Positions 47,901 through 56,900 of a stretch of 64,000 nt of DNA are shown piece by piece. Position 1 is the stretch's first letter. Every line of letters starts with the position of its first letter. The notes beneath the pieces were generated by a model. The model did not search any database. It saw only the letters and a program-made list of their open reading frames with translations, and was not told where the DNA came from. Origin of the DNA: a virus (Duplodnaviria; Caudoviricetes); IMG/VR virus record IMGVR_UViG_3300008262_000105, positions 1,217-65,216 of that record. One strand, given 5' to 3'. Both the position numbers and the translations under genes were made by a program.

Positions 47901-50900
47901 TAATGTTATTTGATGTGTTTAATATTGGTTGTGGTTCTGCAATAGAAATACTATTAACAACCGATTGTGCAAATCTTCTAGCATAATCAACCGCTTGTAC
48001 AGTTTCAGATTTTTGAGCTGATGTTATTGCTAAAGAAGGATATAAGTAATAAAACTCTCCAGCTTTTGCACTTTTTTCGTTTCCACCATATAATAAATCG
48101 GTTGCTACTGCATCTATAATATACCCAGTATCACGTCTACACTTACTTTCAATGTAATCTAAATCTTGCCACTTAGCGTTTACAAAACCAATAGTTTCTT
48201 CTTGTAGGAATACTTTATTTGATTTTAATAAATTGTAAGCGTATTGAGTTGCTGCATCAGGTGCTGTTAATAAAGAACCCGATATAACTCTCATTGCCAA
48301 TCCTTTTGCGTATCTTACACCAGTCAATGTTGGTTCTAATTGAGAATCTGTAGCTTGTGATGGATAATCATAATAATATCTACCAGCTACAATACTTCTC
48401 TCATTTCCACCATATAAAAGGTCAGTTGCTACTGCATCTATAATATAACCAATATCACGAGAACAACTTGCTTCATTGTATAAGAAATCTTGCCAAGAAG
48501 AACTTACATATGCAATTGATTCCGATTGTATAAATCCTTTATTTGCTAATAATGAAGTATAAGATGCCGAAGTAGCTTGTGAATACCAAGCAGATTCGGA
48601 TATGTGGTACATTAATGTACTCTTAATTGCTTTCTGAGCCACACCACTAGCAAATTTCAACGCAGTTATTGTTTGGTCTAATTGAGTTGTTGTTGCTTGT
48701 GATGGATAATCATAGTAGAACTTACCATTTGTTAATGATGCGGAATTTCCACCATACAATAAATCAAATGCAGCTCCACTAACAATTAAACCAACATCAC
48801 GTCTACACTTAGCTTCATCATAATAGAATGAAGACCAAGAAGAACTCATATATGCTATTGTTTCATTAACTATTAAATCAGTATTGTTAATTAACAAGTT
48901 ATACGATGATGTTATTTTTGTATTTGTATTTGAAGTAGCTTGAGGTCCTACATATGATATAGAACTTGTACCACTATTCAATAATACATCTATTACAACA
49001 CCAAATGATGATGAAACTAATTTTGATTGTAAATCTCTATTAACACCATCAACTAATCTTATTTGATTTGTATTTGTTACTTTAAAACTTGCTGATGTAT
49101 TTAATATTGGCGTTGGTATTACACTTACACCATTTTCAACAATGTTTAATACGTTTCCAAACAAATTAGAAATTCTACCCTTTTGATATTCAGAACCACT
49201 TACCAATGGTAGTATTTGTGTAACCGAAGTTGTTTTAATAGATGCCGATGTATTTGTTACAATTGCAGGTATTGAACCCGTTCCACCATTTATTATGTTG
49301 ATAACAGTTGCAAATGATGAACTTAAAGAACTTGTTTGAGAATTATAACTACCACTTCCTAATATTTGATTGTAAGATGATATATGAAGAAGTGTTGGAG
49401 TTGATAATTCAAACCCATAGTTAAAGTTATTAGCCAATGCATCAGGTAAAGAAGCACTTCCATTGTATATAATATCTTTTATTAATTCAAATGAAGCAGT
49501 TGTTATACCAACCTCAACTGAACTAGCTGATACTGATGATGATACAATTGGTTCGTGTGTTACTTTTATTGCATTTACACCATTTCCAACAAATGTAGGT
49601 AATGTGGCTAAACCATTTTCAATTACTTTGGTAACAATTGATACCGATGAACTAACAAAATTAATTTCAGAAATTCCAGCATTTATTGAAGAAGTATATT
49701 GATTAATAGTACCAATTTTAATATTACCATCAATATTACTTTTTACAGTAGGTGCAGATAATTTAATATTTTGAACTATCTTTTTAGATAATGCTTTTGC
49801 ATAATCAACACCAGCTACAGTTTCTTTAACTTGTTCTGTTTTTGTTGCTTTTGAAGGATAACGATAATAGTAATCGCCAGCAATAATACTTCTTTGATTA
49901 CCACCATACCATAAATCAGTTGCTACATTATTAACAATATATCCAACATCCCTTCTACATTTTTCTCTATTATAAACTAAGTATGGATAGAATGCATCTA
50001 TAAATTGAATAGTTTCATTTTGTATAAATTCTCTATTATATACCATCAATGAATACGCAGATTGTACATACTCCGTTGGTTTAATTAATATTTGATTAGA
50101 AATTACTTTTTGAGAAATACCTGCCGCAAAACCAACACCATCTAAAGTAGGTCCTTTTTGTTCTGTAGATGTTGGTGAAACTGAACCTGTATATACTGCT
50201 GCTGATGGGTATAAGTAATAGTATTGTCCTGCTTTAGAACTTCTCTCATTTCCGCCATATACTAAATCTGTTGCTACATTATCAATTATGTATGCAACAT
50301 CTCTACTACAACTAGCTTCATTAAATTGGAAATTATTTATTCCAACCCAAGAAGAACTAAGGAATGCAATAGTTTCTTTTTGTATGAATTTTTTATTTTT
50401 ATTTAATAATTCATGTGTAGCAATTTCACTAATTGTTGGTTTTTGAAGTAATTCGTTATTTGCTATTTTTACAGAAATACCTTTAGCAAATTTAATACCA
50501 TCTAATGTTTGGTCTTTTTGACCTGATTCATTACCATCACCCTCAACAGTTGCTAAAGATGGATATAAATAATAATACTCGCCAGCTCTTGCAGATGCTT
50601 CATTTCCGCCATAAAGTATATCAGTTGCTACTGCATCTAAAATATATCCAATATCACGTCTACATTTAGATTCTGAATATTCAAAGAAACTCCATGCTGA
50701 ATTTAAGAATCCAATAGTTTCGGTTTGAATTAATTCTTTGTTATTTCTTAATAATTCAAATGCAGTTTGCTTAGACAATGAACTTGATGCAAATACTTTA
50801 TTATTTAAAACTTCTTGTACAATATTTTTTGCATACGTTATACCACTAAGTGTAGGACCCAATTGAGTAGATGTTGCTGTTGATGGTTCTATGTAATAAT

Positions 50901-53900
50901 ACTTACCAGCTTCAATACTTCTTTCGTTGCCACCATATACAATATCAGTTGCTACCGCATCTAAAATATATCCAACATCTCTCTTACAAGTTTCTTCATT
51001 ATAATAGAATCCATTCCAACTAGCGGATACATATGCAATAACTTCATTTGCAATAAAGTTTTTATTTTGAGCAATTAATTCTTTAGTTTGTAGTTTATTT
51101 TGTGAAACTTTTATAAATTGTTGATTTCTTAATAATCTATCTGCTAAATTTTTTGCATATTTTATACCAGTAACAGTTTCTTTTAATTGCGAACCCGTAG
51201 CTGCTGATGGGTACAAATAATAGTAAATTCCAGATTTTATACTTCTTTCATTACCACCCCATTTAATATCAGTTGCTACTGAATCTAAAATATATCCAAC
51301 ATCTCTCTTACAAGTATTTTGGTTGTATTGCTTTGTACTCCAAGAAGAACTAATATACTCAATTACTTCATTTTGTATAAATTCTTTATTATATTTTAAT
51401 AAATCATAAGCAACATTAGATTGGGATGTTGGTAAATTAAACACAACATTTCTAATTACTTTTTGTGCTAATTGAGATGCGTAGAAAATACCATCTAAAG
51501 TTTGATTTAATTGTGCTCCTTGCGCCTGTGATGGATATTCATAATAGAATTTACCATTAACAACTGATGCTGAATTACTATTGAACACCAAATCTTCAGC
51601 TGCTCCACTTATTATTAATCCAACATCTCTACGACATTTTGCTTCATCATATGAAGCAGTTGACCAAGAAGATGATAAGTAAGCGATAGTTTCATCTTGT
51701 ATAAATGAAATGTTATTTTTTAATATACCATAAGCTATCCATCTATTGTCATTACTTACAGCAGTTGCGTAAGATGATGTTGGTAATGATAATGTACTTA
51801 AAGTTGAATTTGTACCATTTGCAATTACATTTGTTACAATAGAAATTGATGCTGATATTAGATTACTTTCAGTTGTTGTTGCAGATGAACCAGAAATATA
51901 TTGAGGTGTACCAGTTACTTTAATATTTTGATTTGTATTTAAAACCAATGTTGGTAAAGAACCAGTTCCATTTTCTAATATGTTAATTATTTTATCAAAA
52001 CTTGCACTTACTGAATTTAATGGATTACCAAAGTAAGATGATGAAAGTATTGCCGATGATGAATACTGATTTGAATTTGTAATCTTTACAACATTTGTTG
52101 TATTTTTAATTAATGTTGGTAAAGACCCAGTTCCATTTTCTACTATATCTAAAATAATATCAAACGAAGAATTAGCTACATTTTTATAAGTTTCAGAAAT
52201 AGATGCAGTTGATACAAATTGTGTTTGGTTAGAACGTTTAACTAAACCTTTTGCATTATTTACTATTGTAGGTATAGAGCCTGTACCATTTGATATTATA
52301 TCAATTACAATATCAAAACCAGTGTTTACTTTTAAATAATCAGTAGGTTGTACAAATATTGATGCGGTATATTGTGTATATACATAAGTATTTTTTACAA
52401 CACTATCTGCTAGGATTCTTGCATAATCAATACCTTCTAAAGTTTGTTCTAATTGTGAACCTGTTGCTTGTGATGGGTATAAATAATAGAATTTACCCGC
52501 TTCTACACTTCTTTGATTTCCACCATATAAAATATCAGTTGCTATTGCGTCAATTATATATCCAACATCTCTCTTACAAGTTTCTTCATTGTAAGATTGT
52601 AAACTTAAATCAGAATTTATTTTAGCAATAGTTTGATTTTGTATCCAATATTTGTTATCTAATAATAAATTGTAAGCAGTTTGATTAGATAATGATGCTG
52701 TTTGGAATATTGTATTTTGTACAATTTTTTGTACCAATCCACTAGCATATCTAATACCATCAAGTGTTTGATTTAATTGTGCTCCTTGCGCTTGTGATGG
52801 GTACTCTAAATAAAATTTACCATTTACAACAGAAGATGAGAATGAATTAAATAATAGGTCTTCAGCTGCTCCGCTTATAATTAAACCAACATCTCTACGG
52901 CATTTAGCTTCGTTATAAGATGCTGTTGACCAAGATGAACTTAAATAAGATATTGTTTCATCTTGTATAAATCCTATATTTTGTTTTAATAAATTATATG
53001 CATAAAACGAATTTGATGCAGATGTAGCCGATGTATAAGATGATGTTGATAAATTTAATGTACTTAGTAAAGATGCCGTATTTGTGCTTGCTAAAATACC
53101 CATCACCAATCCAAATGAAGATGAAATTATATTAGCCTCATTCTGAGTACCAGCAAATGATGAAGTTATATATTGTGATGTTAATGTAGTTTTAACGTTA
53201 TCATTTGTATTTAATACAATATTTGGTAAAGAGCCAGTACCATTTTCTACAATATCCAAAACAATAGCAAATGATGAACTTACTTTTTCAATTTGTTGTA
53301 CATCAACAGAATTAGATGATGTAATTTGAGAACCAGCTATTCTAGCAACACCTTTTGCCGAAGATGATACTAATGTAGGTATTGCAGATAATCCTTTATC
53401 TATAATATTAATTACATTACCAAATGATGAAGATACTATAAGTTTATCCGATGTATTAGCCGAATTTGATATTTTAAATTGAAGTTCATTTGTTTTCTTT
53501 ATACCATTTTCAGTATTAGTTACTAATGTTGGTGCTACTGAACTTCCGCTTTCTATAATTTTAGCTACTATGTCAAATCCATCTTCAACCGATTTACCAC
53601 CAATAGCAATAAGTTTGGATAAATCTTTTGCAAAATTTACACCATCTAAAGTTTCGGTATTTTGGTCAGTAGTTGCTAAACTTGGATATTTGTAATAAAA
53701 TCTTCCTGATGTTATGCTTCTTTCGTTGCCACCATATACTAAATCAGTTAGTACACCATCTATAATAAATCCAACATCTCTAAAACATTTTGATTGTATA
53801 TAATTTAAAGATGGATATGTATCGTTTATATAATCTAATGTATTTTGTTGAATAAGAGTTCTATTATCTTTTACCAACTTTCTTGCTGCTAACACAGAAT

Positions 53901-56900
53901 CAGATGGTTTAGATAAAACATTACCCAAAATTATTTGTTGAGAAAGTGCATTTGCATATTCTATACCAGTTGTAGTTGGGTCTAATTGTTGTGTTGTTGA
54001 AGGCTCTCCACCTATTGTTGCCGCTGATGGATACAAATAGTAAAACTCTCCAGCTATTGTAGTTCTCTCATTACCACCATATACCAAATCGGTTCTAACA
54101 GCATCTATAATATAACCAACATCTCTTTTACATTTTACTTCATCATATTGAACACCGCTCCAAGAAGAAGATACATATTCAACAACTTCAGCAGCTATTA
54201 ATGCTTTATTTTTTCTAAGTAAGTTACTAGCTTCTAATTTATCAGAATTAGCCGATTGGAATATTGAACCGCTTACTATTTTTTGTGCTAATCTGCTAGC
54301 GTATTTTAAACCATCTGTTGTTTGAAGTAATTGTGAACCTGTTGCTTCGGATGGATATAAGAAATAATATAATCCTGCTAATCTACTTCTTTCATTACCA
54401 CCATAAACTAAATCAGTTCTTACCGCATCAATTACATATCCAACATCTCTCTTACAAGTAGATTCATTATATTCAAAACTACCCCAAGAAGAACTTAGAT
54501 ATGCTATTGTTTCATTTTGAATAAATTCTTTGTTATTTACAAGTAATGCATTTGATGCGGATACTGCTGTTGATGGTAAACTAAATGAAATATTTTGAAT
54601 TAACTTTTGTGCTAATCTACTAGCATAGTTTATACCATCTAAGGTTTGATTTAATTGTGCGTATTGAGCTTGTGATGGATATTCATAATAGAATTGTCCA
54701 TTTACAATTGATGCTGAATTTGCGTTCCAAATTAAATCTTCAGCAGCTCCACTTATAATCAACCCCACATCACGTCTGCATTTAGCTTCATTATAAGATG
54801 CCGTTGACCAAGAAGAACTTAGGTAAGCAATAGTTTCATCTTGTATAAATGAAATGTTATTTTTTAATATTTCGTATGCAGCTTTAGTATTATATGTGTT
54901 TATAGAAGATGTGTATAATTGTTTAGCAAATAAATCTACATTTCCAGTTTCAATAATTTGAGTAACTTTTGAAATAGATGAAGATATAAATGTAATATCA
55001 CTACCACTAGCTGCATGTGATGCTGAGATATATTGATTTGCATTTGTTACTTTTATATTTGCTGCGGTATTTTGTACTAAAGTTGGTAATACGGATGTTC
55101 CATTTGTAATTACATTTATTACCAAACCAAAAGATGAACTTATACTTGCTGTTTGTGTATTTGTACCAACATTTGAACTTAACCATTGTGGAGTTGATGT
55201 TACTTTAATACTTTCAGAAGTATTTGGTATTAATAAACTTGATGTTTGTGATAATCCACCACTTACAATTCTAACAACATATCCAAATGATGATGAAATA
55301 CTTGATGTTAAATCAGCCGATACAGCTGCACCAAATATTTGTTCAATATTTGTAATCTTTTTAAGTCCACTTATAGATGATGTAAATACAGGCTCCGCTC
55401 CTATTCCATTATCAATTATATTTGAAACAATATTAAAGTTTCTATCAATTGTATTAATTTCATTAGGTGTAACATATGATGATGTTATCTGAGAACCAGT
55501 TGTTACATTTAGAGGATTACCAGAATTCCAATTTAAGCCTGTATTAAGTGCTAAAATAGATGGTATAGCAGATATACCTCTTTTTACAATACCTTCAATA
55601 ATAGCAAAAGAACTACTTATTGAATTTTGTTGAGTTGTAGTACCACTAAAAGAAGATGTAATATTTTCAAATGATGAAACTTTAATATTTTTTTCATCAT
55701 TATTTACAATTCTTGGTGTTTCTAATATTATATTTTGAACTATAAAATCACCAATAATTTTTGCATATCTGATACCCGCTATTGTTTCTCTTTTTTGTAT
55801 AGAAGTTGCAACAGATGGATAATCATAATAGTATCTACCCGCAATTACACTTCTTTCATTACCACCATATAATAAATCAGTAGATACTGCATCTAAAATG
55901 TATCCAACATCACGTCTACACTTATCTTGATTATATTTTAATTGTGGAAATGCAACATTTACATATTGAATCGTTTCATTCTGAATTATTGATTTATTTT
56001 GTCTCAATAAATTATACGCAGATTGAGTAGATGCGGATGGTTCATTAAATGTTTTATTTTTTACTAAATTTACAGATACACCTGCGGCGTATCTCATACC
56101 ATCTAATGTTTGCCCTAATTGTCCTTCGGAATCACCATCTCCTTCAACGATTGCTAATGATGGATATAGATAATAGAATCTACCAGCTTCTCTAGCTCTT
56201 TCATTACCACCATATTTTAAGTCAGTAATAACAGCATCTACGATATATCCAACATCTCTTTTACATTTAGTTTCATTATACAAAAAGTTACTCCAAGACG
56301 AAGATAAAAATGCTATTGTTTCATTTTGTATAAATGGTTTGTTAATTTTTAAATTTTCAGCAACATTATATTTTTCTTGCAAATAAGGGTTATCATCAAT
56401 TTTAGTAAATGTTATATTTTTAACTAAATTTTCTGCTAAACCAGCCGCATATTTTACTGCTGTCTTTGTTGGTTCTTTTTGTGTTGTTGTTGCTTCGGAT
56501 GGATATTCATAATAAAATCTACCAGCTGTAATACTATTATTGTTTCCACCATATAATAAATCCTGACAAACTGCATTTATTAAATGCCCAACATCTCTAC
56601 GACAAGTTATCTCATCATAATATATGTTTGACCAAGACGAACTAACATAATTTATTACTTCTTCTTGTATAAATGATTTACTACCAGTTAATATTTCATA
56701 AGCGTTTAGTATATCAACATTTTGAGTTGGTTCTAAACTTCCAGATATTGTTTTAGGAAACGTTACCGTATTTTTTATTAAATCAAAAGGTGTTTCCGAA
56801 TTGTTTATTATATTAAACTTACCACTTAAAGTATTATTTATTTGTGATGTATAATATAATGTATTTGGTGCATCATATGGTACTGCAAATGTTATATTAC

